A DNA stretch of 64,000 nt, taken from Eledone cirrhosa. Lineage: Eukaryota. The notes under the pieces were generated by a model, which saw nothing but the letters and a program-made list of their open reading frames with translations, ran no database searches and was not told where the DNA came from. Below, one piece after another: positions 1 through 17,073 of this stretch. Position numbers and translations under genes: made by a program. The stretch covers positions 127,968,001 to 128,032,000 of the forward strand of contig OZ024745.1 in assembly GCA_964016885.1 (NCBI GenBank), read 5' to 3'. Position 1 is the first letter of the stretch. Every line of letters starts with the position of its first letter.

Positions 1-179
1 GCATATAGTGTTTGGTGAAAATCATATACATTATAATTGATATGAAGTCTGTTATCAATGTGAAAATGTATTATTATTAAACTCGCTGTTAAATCAGACA
101 TTAGAGCGACGAACAACAACAAACGATGCCTAATGGTATTGCTCAATGCTCTAACCACTAAGCCATGCGCCTTCACATG

Positions 180-292
180 GGCTGTCAATCGAAAGGTTGT
201 GAGTTCAATTCTCAAACCGGGTGATGTGTTGTTTCCTTGAGCAAGACACTTTATTTCACGTTGCTCCAGTTTACTCAGCGGTAGAAATGAGA
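180..292 (+). mobile_element. tRNA-derived SINE fragment (family S2)
   Basis: B-box-like gagttcaatt followed by gtttccttgagcaagacactttatttcac body; similar sequence on the minus strand at 1478-1603. Confidence 0.5.
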
Positions 293-389
293 TGATAGGA
301 CTGGGGTCCCTATCATTAAATCACCCAAGACACATCCAACGAGATATACCTTGGAGGAGGCCAGCTAAACCTGCATAGGTGTGAGCTGT

Positions 390-420
<31 letters not shown>

Positions 421-1030
421 GTATTACAATTCGTCATGCTAGGTTCTAACTTTAAAATTGATTTATATCTTAATCCTTCCAAGATCGATAAAATAAGTCA
501 AATATCGGATTGGAATCAATTACACCAACACACCAAAAAGTATATTTGGTGGCTTCAAGTTAAAAAGATAAAATATACAATGAAAAAAAAAAGGAACATA
601 TCAAAGATTATGTGCAGAAAGGTTACATATTTCTTCCTTTACTACTATACTAATATATTTCAACTTGTGCTTTTTATTGAATTGAATATAACCAATAATA
701 TAATGATTACGACTAGTTTCTTCAAATGTCAGTAATTTCATTTGATAGGCTGGAAGCTACTGATAAGAAGAGTCAGGCCGAAAATATAGAATTTTGAAGT
801 GAAGTTTCTTTCTTTTAGAAGAGGGTTGGATGTTGGTGTATAGAACCTCCGAAAACCTTATTCTTTATTTCGTATCATCGTTTAAGACCTTACACTTCTT
901 TCACATTTATTTCCATCGATAACAATTACTCATTAATCAGAGTAGATATCTATATATTTCTTTTTACACACTTGAAGTAAGCAAACACGTCTATATTTTC
1001 ACCGTTAAAGGCATCGTAATACTTACATAA

Positions 1031-1218
1031 TTGTTTCTACTTTAGGCAAAAGGCCAGCAGCAATTACCCAGTACATTACTGGTACTTTATTTTATCGACC
1101 CCGTAAGGATGAAAGACAAAGTTAACCTCGGCGGAATTTGAACTCAGACTGTAAAGGGACGTAACTATGCTAGAAAGCATGGCGTCTCACCCGCTACCGA
1201 TACTGCCAATTCACCGTC
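1031..1218 (-). mobile_element. tRNA-derived SINE (family S1, short subtype) with TSD
   Basis: Matches copies at 18770, 44586 and 54587; 18-bp direct repeat tcgtaatacttacataat at 1014-1031 and 1217-1234. Confidence 0.9.
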
Positions 1219-1477
1219 GTAATACTTACATAATGTTTTCTATATTCATTAATAGATTGCTTTAATTTAGCCTTAAAGAATATGAATGTTTAGAAACATT
1301 ATTTCATAGGTTTTCTTTGGACCTAATTGACCATGAGTATGAGCCTAGAAAGATCCTCTTCGGTGCACAAGCCCGGACAAATTATTTTTGTGGACGTCCC
1401 ACAGTCACCCATGCATAACTGCCTGTCTTCTCCAAGTCAACGATTTTGTCCAAGGAATAGGCAACTAGTTTGTTCCA

Positions 1478-1603
1478 CCTGTGAACTGAGTGAACTGAAA
1501 AACAAAACAAAATAAAACGTTTGCTCAAGGACCCCAAACACCGTCCGTTCCGGGAATCGAAGCCACAAGCTCACGATTGTGAGTCAAACGCTCTATCCAC
1601 TAC
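1478..1603 (-). mobile_element. tRNA-derived SINE fragment (family S2)
   Basis: Reverse strand reads tRNA-like head (gtagtggatagagcg...ttcgattcccgg) then ccttgagcaa body. Confidence 0.55.
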
Positions 1604-2876
1604 AACATGCATTTGAAAACGTTACTACCATTTACTTAAGACATTGTATTGATTTCTAGTTTTGGTGCAACGCTACAATTTTGGTGCATTTTATTATATT
1701 TACTAGTACTTCAAAAGTTTATGCCGATTAAAGCTCCCTTGGGGATAAACAATAGCAACTGGTACTCATTTTATTCACTACGGAATTATATATAATACAG
1801 ACGACCGCAGCTGGATTTCAAATCTGTCAGTAAAACAAAGATCAGCACTGTCTTAATATTTCTACAGTAACAATTATTAGCTTATAAATTTCCGATTGAA
1901 GAATATAAAATTCAGAATTATATCAACGTGTCCATTGTGATGTTTCAGTTTAGATTTCACCTACTATCAAATATTTACAAATTAAAATATTATATTTTCG
2001 TATGACTTACTTCTTATTTCCATGCCAAACTAATATTAGATTCAATATTTCAATGGACATTCGACTGTATTTCAAAAACACTGAACGTCTCTTAAAAAAG
2101 ACGCTATTAACTAGTTACTTTTTATTCTAATATAGGTATGGAACCCTTACTCTTTATTTGGCTATAAAGGCATCGTATTGAGACATGGTATGCTTCGGGC
2201 ATTTTAAACTTGGCGGGGCCGATGTTTTCCAGGTTTGAAAACAGCCAATTTCTTCCAGAGAAAAGAAAGATAGATTTTTAATCTTTAATCTTAACTTTAA
2301 ATTCTACCTTAAAACTGATTTTACCTCCGTCCACTATATTTCTTTAGAAATTTAGGTTGACCCCAACTGAAATTTTTTATGTCACATCATCTCCTTTACC
2401 ACTAGCATGTGTCCAAATGGCAGTGAGTGGCAGCGTGGTGGTAGTAGGAGTACTACGTATACAGCCCCCTAACCCAACCGGTAGGGTGGAAATAGTATGC
2501 ATACTAATCATACAGACCCCTAACCAAACCGGCAAGACGAAATTGATGAGATTCGCCACTCGAAGGCCGTCAGCCAAACTGGCAACAGCTGGCCCTGATC
2601 GCATTCGAGTCATAAATATTTTCTCTGCTTTTTTTTTAGCCTCTTGGATTGTGTTTACCATTATTCCTTTATAATATAACTTTTATGCAATAAACACCTG
2701 ATGATGTCACCAGGATCTTGCGGAAGTTGTTCATTGAAATGTACATAGTGTTTGCTATAAGAAATTTTATAATTTTTATCCATAATACCTCCGTCAGACG
2801 TATATTAATATTGTCTGGGATCCACAAACCTTTGGTAATGGAGTAGTTATATTTTGTGCTGTTCACTTTCTGAATA

Positions 2877-2909
<33 letters not shown>

Positions 2910-3020
2910 CAGAATTAGTATATTTACCAACATATGCGTACAGATGTACACTAATGCTAGCAAATACATAAGTTATGTCATAGTACCTAGGTGGTTCTAT
3001 GCAGGGGGATGCAGAACAAT

Positions 3021-3121
3021 TATATGAAAGACGTAAAATAAGAAAATTTTAAAAATTAAAAATTAACTTACTTACTAGTAAGTAAGTTAATTTTTAATTT
3101 TTAAAATGTTCTTATTTTACG

Positions 3122-3132
<11 letters not shown>
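3021..3132. repeat. Spacer-less palindrome (~56-bp arms) abutting (TA)n
   Basis: Centre ttact|agtaa at 3076/3077; arms reverse-complementary with about 2 mismatches. Confidence 0.9.
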
Positions 3133-3194
<62 letters not shown>

Positions 3195-3400
3195 GTTCTG
3201 TATTGTAATTCTTTTCCGTCGTTATATAGGTGAAAAGACAAATGGTAGTTCTTATAAATATAATTATTTACAAGTTTATATGATTGCATGATCGAGATTG
3301 TGATTCAATTTGAGAATATCTATGAATGTGTGCATTTGTGTATATGCGCTTCATTTTGTATGTGCGTGTATGCGTATATAACTACATATACATAAAGATA

Positions 3401-3483
<83 letters not shown>

Positions 3484-3506
3484 ATAAAAATATGTCAATA
3501 TATATA

Positions 3507-3549
<43 letters not shown>

Positions 3550-3963
3550 ATATATATATATATGTATATTATGTATATGTATGTACGTGTGTATGTATAT
3601 GTGTGCATGCCACTATGTATAGATAGACTGATTTCCACCTGAAAATAACGGATAGATTTTACGGTGTGATATGTTTGTTACTATTGATCATTATTTTACT
3701 GTTTTTCCTTTACATTCTTTGTTTTATAAGCATCATATGTCGACTTCAAAATATCTTCTTTGACAGCTGCCATATTTTGTTGATCACATTAAGAAAATTA
3801 TCATAAATATACATAATAATTCATATCAAAATGACAGATATATATATATATATATATATACATATTTAACATAGTATATGTATATATATAATATACTAAA
3901 TATATATATATACATATATATACATATATATACATATATAAATTTATATATATATATATAATA

Positions 3964-4077
<114 letters not shown>

Positions 4078-4429
4078 ATGTGTGTATTTATATTTAAATA
4101 TGTATATAATATATTATATATAATATAATATATATAATATAATATGGTATATTATATATATATGTACTTATATCACTTGTTAAACATCTATAGTGTTTTT
4201 GCTTCTCATTTAATATCACTTAGCGGTTTTCTAATAGTATGATGTTCTATAAATATTACAGACATATTGTGTTATTCTACTTTACTTTATTCATAATCGT
4301 TTTTGTTGTGTTTTGTAAATTTTCATATTATTAAGGAAAAATCAACACTTATTGCTTAAATTACTTATATCGATGAGAATATGTTACAGATAATTTAATA
4401 GTATTTAACGTATATGAATATATTTATAT

Positions 4430-4609
<180 letters not shown>

Positions 4610-4674
4610 GTGTGTGTTTGTGTGTGTGTCTAATTGTGTATGTATGTATATATACATATATTTATATACATATG

Positions 4675-4723
<49 letters not shown>

Positions 4724-5189
4724 ATGTTTATATCTATCTATCTATATATTTAGATGTATATATATATATGTGTGTGTGTTTTTGTGCATGTGTGAGCGTG
4801 TGTCTGCGTGTGTGTGTGTGAGCGTTTGTGTATATATAAAGACAGCCATATATAGTGAAGCATTTGTATTTCTACAAATGTGAGATGCCACGTCAATTCT
4901 GACATTTATTATATTGATTTTTAGTGAACCACTTCAGAAGATAGATGACTGTGTTTATCACAGTCTATTTATTTAATAAATACCTCTATATCTGTTTTCG
5001 TTTCTTTTTTATTTAAAGATTGATTACATTCCCAACCCCTGAATTACAAGTTATTAGATAAAACTAGGTTACTTTGGCACGGTTGATGTTTACTTTGAGT
5101 TGTTGCCGGAAATCGTTGACAAAGAAAGGATTGTACAAGAACGATATAGCTTTTGGGTAAAAAAAAAATGAATGAAATGTTTAGTTTTT

Positions 5190-5330
5190 GTTCTGACCTA
5201 GCATTAGAATGTTGTGATGTCTTTCATTGTTTCTTTTTACTAATGAAAATATGTCATTTTATATTTTGAAGGGTGTGTCATAGGTTCGTTGTGATGTTCA
5301 TGTCGTTCCCAGATGTATTATTGAAGTGTG
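5190..5330 (-). pseudogene. Possible degraded Penelope-like GIY-YIG C-terminal remnant
   Basis: Disrupted minus-strand translation YIWERHE...NIK*HI...SNARSEQKLNI resembles the PLE motif YIW.L...IKW.I...C.LC..EKL.I; heavily degenerate. Confidence 0.3.
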
Positions 5331-5829
5331 TTGTTGTTGAAGTGTAGTCTTTGAATATTTGTGATCTGATCGAAAAGCTCTATTTCCAAATAACATCAAG
5401 CAAAACAATCTCGCTTAAGATTTTTATGATTAGCATACCCTGGAATATATAATGCAAACAGTCCTTTTATATGATCATATGGTATGATTTATGTGACATG
5501 TGCACGTCGAGCAAAAAGATAGATGTACCTTCCTTGGAACGAGTATTGTAAATAAGTTCCAATGATTATAACTCTAGACTGAAAATGTGTCACGTTTTTC
5601 ATTATATGGAAATAGTTTTTAAGAATTTAGACGATCAGATATATAATAAATAATTATTACTTGTAACATAGACCCAGGATCACAAATTGTAAAGCGGGTG
5701 TATAGCCGATGCTATCGACCCATGAAAGACCAAAGGCAAATTCACTCAGATTAGAATTCGCAAAGCAATAAAGCCACTAAAATGGAAGGGGTTATTGAGA
5801 AGGGAGTCAGAAAAGACAGAGATAACATG

Positions 5830-6850
5830 ATTCTAGGAGGGAGAAAATGAAGACTGATGCATCTTTTAAAAGTTTTTCAAATTATAATGGTCAGGAAAGC
5901 AAGAATCCAGAAGAGAATTCCTCAGGGGAGATGTGTCAGGAAAGAAATTCTCAGAAAGAAACTAATAGAATTTGTGATTGTAAATCGATGGAATTTCAAT
6001 TGTAAATCGATGAGATCTAGCCGCCAATCTGGTGCTCCGTTTAAACAAACAGGAAAGTTAATTGGAACAATTCCCATGAAATTGTGTATAAAAAAAGTAA
6101 AAACGAGCGGCACTATTTCGAAGGTTTGGTAGTGGCTAAAACTGACATAATCAATAAAGACGAATAATATTGATCTTATCTAGAGTGTTAATGTGCATGG
6201 CAGAAGCACCAGATCATATGTTGCAATACTACCCAATACAAGATCAAATAGCAGATTTATAAAGATATAAAATATTTTCAAGCGTGAAGATTTTTTTTTG
6301 GCACGATGGACCAAACCAACCTTCTGAGCCGTAGACTTGGCAATTGATATGATATAACGATTCCAGCTTAAATTCTTGGAAAATATCAGATCCAGAAGTT
6401 GTGTAGGGTTGCTCTCTTTAATGATATGATCAGCCATACTAATTGAAGACAAAAGTGGTTTTCAATGGCGATTAAAATTCATCAGTTTAGTCGTAGATGC
6501 ATTAAAGGTGACAAGCCATTACTTCTTTCACTCAACAACAAATCGAAGTTCATATTGAAGATTAATTGCCAAGTCAACTTTATCAAATATATCAGACTTA
6601 CCAAACATATCAAACAAAAATAGAAGGTTGTGTCATCAGCTTAGATACGAAACTGTGAAGATATGTCACCGGGAAGATAATTTATGAAGATTATAAATAA
6701 TATACTAGCTAGTATTAGTAGAGCTGAGTGAAATATCGTCAGACACCACAGAATGGTTGGAATTACCAAGAGGACTGGGTTGTGATGCTTGATAAGAGCT
6801 AAGTGATGAAGTAGGAAACATATCAAGGAGTGAGACATGTTGATTGGAAT
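5830..6850 (-). mobile_element. Degraded non-LTR retrotransposon 3' part (CR1/L2/Jockey group RT C-terminus)
   Basis: Minus strand FINYLP...SSQFRI*ADDT, then LLDLIFSKNLSWNRYI..IAKSTAQKVGLVHRA; frameshifts and stops present. Confidence 0.8.
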
Positions 6851-7751
6851 TATCAGAAAAAAGTGTAGGGAAATTGATGTGGATGAGTGTGTATGTCTGT
6901 GTGTATATATGTGTGTGTTTGTATACGTGGCTATTTGTATGAGGTAATATTTATAGGTGGGTTCATTCTAACGCTATATTGTTATTTAAATGTTTCACTA
7001 AAAACCAAAACATTTCAGATTACCATTTCAATTCCATCGTGTATAAAGGTCTATTGAATTTAAAAGACAGATATTAATATTGTAAGTTTAGTTAGTATTT
7101 ATTCATATGTTTGTGTTACAAGCCAAGTGTTAAATTGTCACTGAAAACGTTTGAAAGTGTTATTAAGTTGGTGTTATACAATGGTGAAATCCCAAAACGA
7201 TTTCCCTCATTACTTGGTGAACAATTTAATGCTGAAACATTAGGTTTAAAGTGCATATGTACTGTTCAACTATAGATACACGCCACACTTAAATAATAAT
7301 CAATAACTATATGTTGTCGTTACTTAGTCTATGTTCAACTTTGAATAAACAAACTTACACAATCGTTCTAGCCGTAACGATCTCATCAGATTATCGGTAT
7401 TTAGAAATGCTTTATCTGTCCTTGTATGAGACGGTAGTGTTTGAATCTGAGATAGGAGTTGCAGGTATTTCTAGCTATTCTAGTGACCACATAGAAGCTC
7501 GGTGTTTAGTTTCATCCCATATTTATAAGTGTCGGTGATGACTGGTTGATCCATAATCTAACGCTCTATTTGTCTTCTGAACTGATCACCTTTTGAACAG
7601 TAAGTCAGATGTGTGTTTTGTGATCTGGAACATAATTTATGGAAGGTTGTTATGCGTGCGAATTTCTATACATACACACATACATACATACATGCATACA
7701 TACATACATACATACATACATACATACATACATACATACATACATACATAC

Positions 7752-7817
<66 letters not shown>

Positions 7818-7959
7818 TTCGTTTGGGGATTTATTTTGCAAGATTTCCTATCTGGAAACGTGTTGAAACAGATATTATTTTACTTTGGAAGTGTCATGCT
7901 GCCAATCAAAACACACGCACCTGTTTTATTTTATTTTATATTTATTTTTATTTTTTTAA

Positions 7960-8035
7960 ATGTAATTTAAATAAATTAATAAATAGAATAAATCTGAATA
8001 AAAGTAAAAATAAAATAAAATAAAATAGAATATGA

Positions 8036-8066
<31 letters not shown>

Positions 8067-9010
8067 TAAAAATAAAAATAAAAATAAAAATAAAAATAAA
8101 AATAAAAATAAAAATAAAAATAAAAATAAAATAAAATAAAAAATAAAATATTTAAAAATTAAATAAAAATTAAGTAAAAATTAGATAAAATAAAAACAAA
8201 ATAAAATACGATTAATTAAAGTAAAAATTAGATAAAATAAAAACAAAATAAAATACGATTAATTAAAGTAAAAATAAAATAAAATAAAATAAAAATGAAA
8301 TAAAAATAAAATAAAATAAAATAAGATAAAATAAATAAAATAAAAATGAAATAAAATAAAATAAAAGAAAAAGAACTTAAAAGAAAAAAAAAAGAAAAAA
8401 TGAAAAAAGAAAAAAGAAAAAAGAAAAAAGAAAAAAGAAAAAAGAAAAAAGAAAAAAGAAAAAAGAAAAAAGAAAAAAGAAAAAAGAAAAAAGAAAAAAG
8501 AAAAAAGAAAAAAAAAGAAAATAGAAAAAAGAAAAAAGAAAAAAGAAAAAAGAAAAAAGAAAAAAGAAAAAAGAAAAAGAAAAAAGAAAAAAGAAAAAGA
8601 AAAAAGAAAAAAGAAAAAAAGAAAAAAGAAAAAAGAAAAAAGAAAAAAGAAAAAAGAAAAAAGAAAAAAGAAAAAAGAAAAAAGAAACAAAATAAGAAAT
8701 AAAATAAATTAAAAATAAAACAAAAATATAAATTAAATGAAATAAAAATTAAATTAAACTAAACTAAAATAAAATGAAATAAAATAAATACACAATAAAA
8801 TAAAAATAAAATAAAAGTAAAATAAAAATAAAAGATAAATGAAATAAACTAAAAATAAAATAAAATGAATTGAAATAAAAAATGAAATAAAAAATGAAAT
8901 AAAAAATGAAATAAAAAAAAAAATAAAATAAAGAAATATAAAATAAAATAAAAATAAAATAAAAAATGAAATAAAATAAAATAAAACAAAATGATAAATA
9001 AGATAAAATT
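7960..9010. repeat. A-rich simple repeats (AAAAT/AAAAAT, AAAAAAG)
   Basis: Direct inspection. Confidence 0.95.
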
Positions 9011-9344
9011 AACAACATCGAATAAGAATGACTCATCAAAAAAAAGTTCTAAGAATAAGCTAAAATTGATTTTTTAACGTTCAATAATTATTTAAATTGA
9101 ATTTCTAATTATCAAAGATCGGATCAATGTTTTAATTAATTAATTAAATAAATTGCTCTCTATATTTCTTCGTAAACATTCCCTTCTCACAACTATTATT
9201 CAACATTTGTTTCTCCAACAAATATTCCTATGTTTTACTCTCACCGTATTTTTCTCTCTTTTATGGTTTGCTCTTTATTTTATCTCTTATGGTGTGTACT
9301 TTTCCCAATCTTTTGCTCTGAGGCTATCCTTCTCATCTATCTCT

Positions 9345-9967
9345 TTCATCTACCTACCTACCTACCTACCCACCTACCTACCTACCTACCTACCTACCTA
9401 CCTACCTACCTACCTACCTACCTACCTATCTACCTACCTACCTACCTACCTACCTACTTACCTACCTATCTATCTACCTACATATCTACCTACCTACCTA
9501 TCTACCTACCCACCTACCTACCTACCTACCTACCTACCTATCTATCTACCTACCTACCTACCTACCTACCTACCTACCTACCTACCTACCTACCTACCTA
9601 CTTACCTACCTATCTATCTACCTACATATCTACCTACCTACCTATCTATCTACCTACCTATCTACCTACTTACCTACCTACATATCTACCTACCTACTTA
9701 CCTACCTACCTACCTACCCACCTACCTACCTACCTACCCACCTACCTACCTACCTACCTACCTACCTACCTACCCACCTACCTACCTACCTACCTACCTA
9801 CCTATCTACCTACCTATCTACCTATCTACCTACCTACCTACCTACCTACCTACCCACCTACCTACCTACCTACCTACCTATCTACCTACCTATCTACCTA
9901 CCTACCTACCTACCTACCTACCTACCTACCTACCTACCTACCTACCTACCTACCTACCTACCTATCT
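9345..9967. repeat. (CCTA/TCTA)n microsatellite
   Basis: Direct inspection; source of the YLPT ORFs. Confidence 0.95.
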
Positions 9968-10650
9968 AAAAGGACCTGTCCAAGATGCGAGCAGGACATC
10001 GAAACCGTTCTGCACGCAATTGTTCAGTGCCCAGGGGTGACCGACCTCTGAAATTGTCGAACAGCTACTATCACGTGTGGGACGCATCCAGTTGTCAGCC
10101 GAGTCCATCGTGAGGATCACCCCGCCGCCTTCATTTAAGAATGAAGGAGAGGGGGTCTTCCTCTGTCTGGTGGCTGTGGCGAAAGAGGTAATATGGTGGA
10201 CGAGGTTAAAAGGACCGAGGGCAACAACTCATCCCCTTCTTTAAGTACCACTTCAGAAGGAAGGTGAGAGTGGAGAGAGAGGTGCTACACCCCAGTAAAT
10301 TCGCTGAACGGTGGATGAATGTGACGAAAATGGCCCGGGTAAATGGGCCTTCTCTGTAATTAAACCTGTAAGTTGAGGAACATAAACAGAGGGAAGACAA
10401 GAGCACCCGTGTATAGAACAACCCTCAACACCAACAAAACGTGTTCCTGGTGTTGAGGGTTGTTCTATACACGGGGTGTAAAACAACCCGCAGTAGCGTT
10501 ACCCCCCCCCCCCCCATGGGGATTTCAATTGTTTTATTTTTATATAGTTTATTGTTATTTATCATTGTTAAAGATTTTATGTTATGTAAAATCCCCGCCG
10601 TCACGTCTTGTAATGTTCCATTTTTGTACGCCTCTGTGGCAAATAAAGAT
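9968..10650 (+). mobile_element. 5'-truncated L1/Tx1-clade LINE (C-terminal CCHC zinc knuckle + 3' UTR)
   Basis: RTCPRCEQDIETVLHAIVQCP (zf-RVT-like CxxC..E...H....C), then VFLCLVAVAKEVIWWTRLKG; ends at aaataaaga followed by (TCTA)n. Confidence 0.8.
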
Positions 10651-10719
10651 ATCTATCTATCTATCAATTTATCTATCTATATATCTGCCACTGTTTCTGT
10701 GATATGCCGCTACTTCTCG

Positions 10720-10895
10720 GAATCGAGAGATTAAAGCTCCGGTACTTCAGACATGCGTCTAGAATGTTTCAGGAAAGAAACACTAGACAGATTTTAGTGG
10801 AGCAATGTCAACTGGCAAGATACTCCGAAGTATACAACAAGCAATATGCTTAGATAACATCCATGAGCTTATTTGGTTTCGTTTGGGATCCAGCC
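10720..10895 (+). mobile_element. RTE LINE 3' ORF fragment (degraded)
   Basis: IERLKLRYFRHASRM..ERNTRQIL...LDNIHELIWFRLG; similar to fragments at 24822 and 35818. Confidence 0.55.
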
Positions 10896-11621
10896 GTATC
10901 AAATTTTTCATTCACTTTCGATAAGTTACCATGACCATTCGCCTTCATTTTCTTTCTTTTACAGTTTTTGTCACGTTATTCAATCATTCCATTTATTTAT
11001 TAACCAATTTTCTCTTTCTTCCATCCTTCATCCGGTCGCTTTCCTCTCACTACCCTTTATATTATTCACAAATGCTGTTGTCTTTCCAAATCCTCCATTA
11101 CACTTGGATAGGCATCCGTTGTCTCTTCCGCTTATATTTCTTACAATTATCTATATGACTGACTGTATTTATGCTCGTAGAGTTGGCTATTATTTTCCCT
11201 CTATAACATGACTTTCACTAGCTTCCTTACTCTTTTAACATGCTCTATATCGTCCACTTCCTTCATTCATATTTTGCCTTTCTATCACACACATGTTTCC
11301 ATTCGTACTGCATTCCATGTTGTTTATTCTTTAACTATTTTGCAAACAGTCATAAAACACCATCACTGTTTCCTCCACTCATTATTATGTTTCCATTCAG
11401 ACCCTCAAACATTGGAAATTCTATATACGCTACACATGTATGTATGTATGTATGTATGTATGTATGTATGTATGTATGTATGTATGTATGTATGTATGTA
11501 TGTATGTATGTATGTATTTATGTGTGTACGTATGAATCTCCTTCTCCCTCTCTCTCTTTCTCTCTCTCTCTGTCTGTATATATATATATATATATACTCA
11601 CATTTATATACATATATATAT

Positions 11622-11683
<62 letters not shown>

Positions 11684-11756
11684 CTGTGTGTGTGTGTCTT
11701 TATGTATATATACAGACAGACACTACACTCTACACACAAAGGCACACACACTCACA

Positions 11757-11799
<43 letters not shown>

Positions 11800-12001
11800 A
11801 CAGACACACCCACATATATATATATATATCATAGATTATTAGAATAGTAATTATACTATAACTGTAGATATTAGCATTACTGATATATTTTATTACTTCT
11901 TTCCAGAATTTTAAACCCTCGTTACGTCGCACGTGTCACATATCTTTGCCCTATATACAATTATCTATGGACATAGAATTGTAGAATTGTTTTTTAATGC
12001 G

Positions 12002-12060
<59 letters not shown>

Positions 12061-12324
12061 GGGGAGAGAATGAGAGAGAGCGAGAGAGAGATACGTATGT
12101 GTAGGTGTGTATGCGCGCGTGTATGTGTCTATGTATATGCAACCTGCATGCACACGGATTTTAGACACATTTTCCTATGTAAGTGGATGCAGCGTCATTT
12201 GTCTGTGTATACGTGTGGGTAAGTGAGAAAAAAAGAAAGTGTGTGTATAGTTGCATACATGCATATATGCATATTACACACAATCGTACACTCAAATACA
12301 TAAACGCGCAAGCCCACAATCATG

Positions 12325-14721
<2,397 letters not shown>

Positions 14722-14765
14722 TATATATATATATATAAAATATATATATATGTATATGTATATAC

Positions 14766-15105
<340 letters not shown>

Positions 15106-15108
15106 CAT

Positions 15109-15156
<48 letters not shown>

Positions 15157-15158
<2 letters not shown>

Positions 15159-15655
15159 CTTTGATAACTATGATAGATTTCGGCCAGTATTGGCACAGGC
15201 CATGTCTAACTTAATAGCACCACCTGGCGAAGTCTTACAAATCAGTGTTTGGGCACCATGGCCCACTGGAGCAGAGAGTTATTGTTTACGGAGGCATATC
15301 CGGGTGTAGGAGACTTATCCGGGATTTCTTGAAGGAATTTATCCAAAGACTTCTTGAACTTGATGGGGTCTGTCTCTACTTTGATGTGTCTTGGTTCAAT
15401 GTTAAAGAGTGCAGGGCAATTGAGGTGAAATAATTGTGTCGTATTGTTGTTATGTGATGCGAGTGAGATTTTTGTCGTGGGCGGATAGCACGGATAGCCT
15501 TGGGTGTACATTAAAAGTGATGCCAACATTATTTGGGCAAAGCTGATGGAATATTTTCCACATCATACAGATAATATAGCGCTCACGGCGACGTTGGAGA
15601 GAATAAAGTTTGAGCTTTTCTAATCGACTCCAATAGTCAAGGCCTGTCATGTCAT
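15157..15655 (-). mobile_element. 5'-truncated CR1-group LINE 3' end
   Basis: LDYWSRLEKLKLYSLQRRRERYII..WKI and PALFNI..KFKKSLDKFLQEIPD.P..PGY..NSL motifs; 3' end abuts (TA)n. Confidence 0.85.
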
Positions 15656-16143
15656 CAAAATGGCAGTTTAAATACGACTCACAGTGTCGTTACAAACCTA
15701 ACATGCCGACTGCATATTTTTTGTAACTACTCATACCTAAATATAGATGTTCACAAATAAAGTAAATAAAAGTTATTCAATTTTGTTGATGAATATTCCT
15801 GCTGTTCGACCATTTGAATTCACTTGAATTTTATTGTATGTAGCTGAGTGTTCTGCAACAACTGCTATTCTTAATGTAAGCCCCTTGCAGAATTAGCCAG
15901 ACATAGTGTTTGGCAAGGGTCTTTCTTTAAATTGCAGGTTCATTATATACGATAATGATGCACTCACTGCCTTACTAATCTTAGTCTCAAGATACAGGTT
16001 GCCCCGTATTTATGGCGACAAAAGAAACTTGTCCAATGTGCTATGAATTGTGATTGAAACTTTGATATCATGATTGTGAGGCCAAATTCTTAACATCTCG
16101 GAAATATCGTACACATATTCATGTTCAGCTAAAGACATTTACA

Positions 16144-16718
<575 letters not shown>

Positions 16719-16729
16719 TTATATATATA

Positions 16730-16789
<60 letters not shown>

Positions 16790-16866
16790 AGGGGGTGTAA
16801 CTTGGAGTTACTGCAGGTTCAGTAGATGTAATGAAGCAGTAACCAATCGTCCTTGTTATCCTTTCA

Positions 16867-16956
<90 letters not shown>

Positions 16957-17037
16957 GGTAAACAGAAATAACAACACAATCAGTACAGTATATGGAAGGT
17001 ATATATTAGGTTAACGCTTGATATAGCAGGAAGAGGG

Positions 17038-17073
17038 TCTTAACGTTTCGGACGCTAGTCCTTCATCAGAAGA
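17038..17073 (-). ncRNA. Minimal type-I hammerhead ribozyme motif (family J)
   Basis: tctt CTGATGA a ggac-tagc-gtcc GAA ACGT T aaga. Confidence 0.8.

Noticed and set aside
2140-2674. Complex-looking ORFs or exon at 2140-2260 and 2357-2674
   Set aside because: No recognisable protein motif or consistent splice frame; possibly an old DNA-transposon remnant
2690-2735. CTGATGA...GAAG hammerhead candidate; also isolated CTGATGA on the minus strand near 20885, 22180 and 41575
   Set aside because: Missing GAAA core and/or stems; cannot be supported individually
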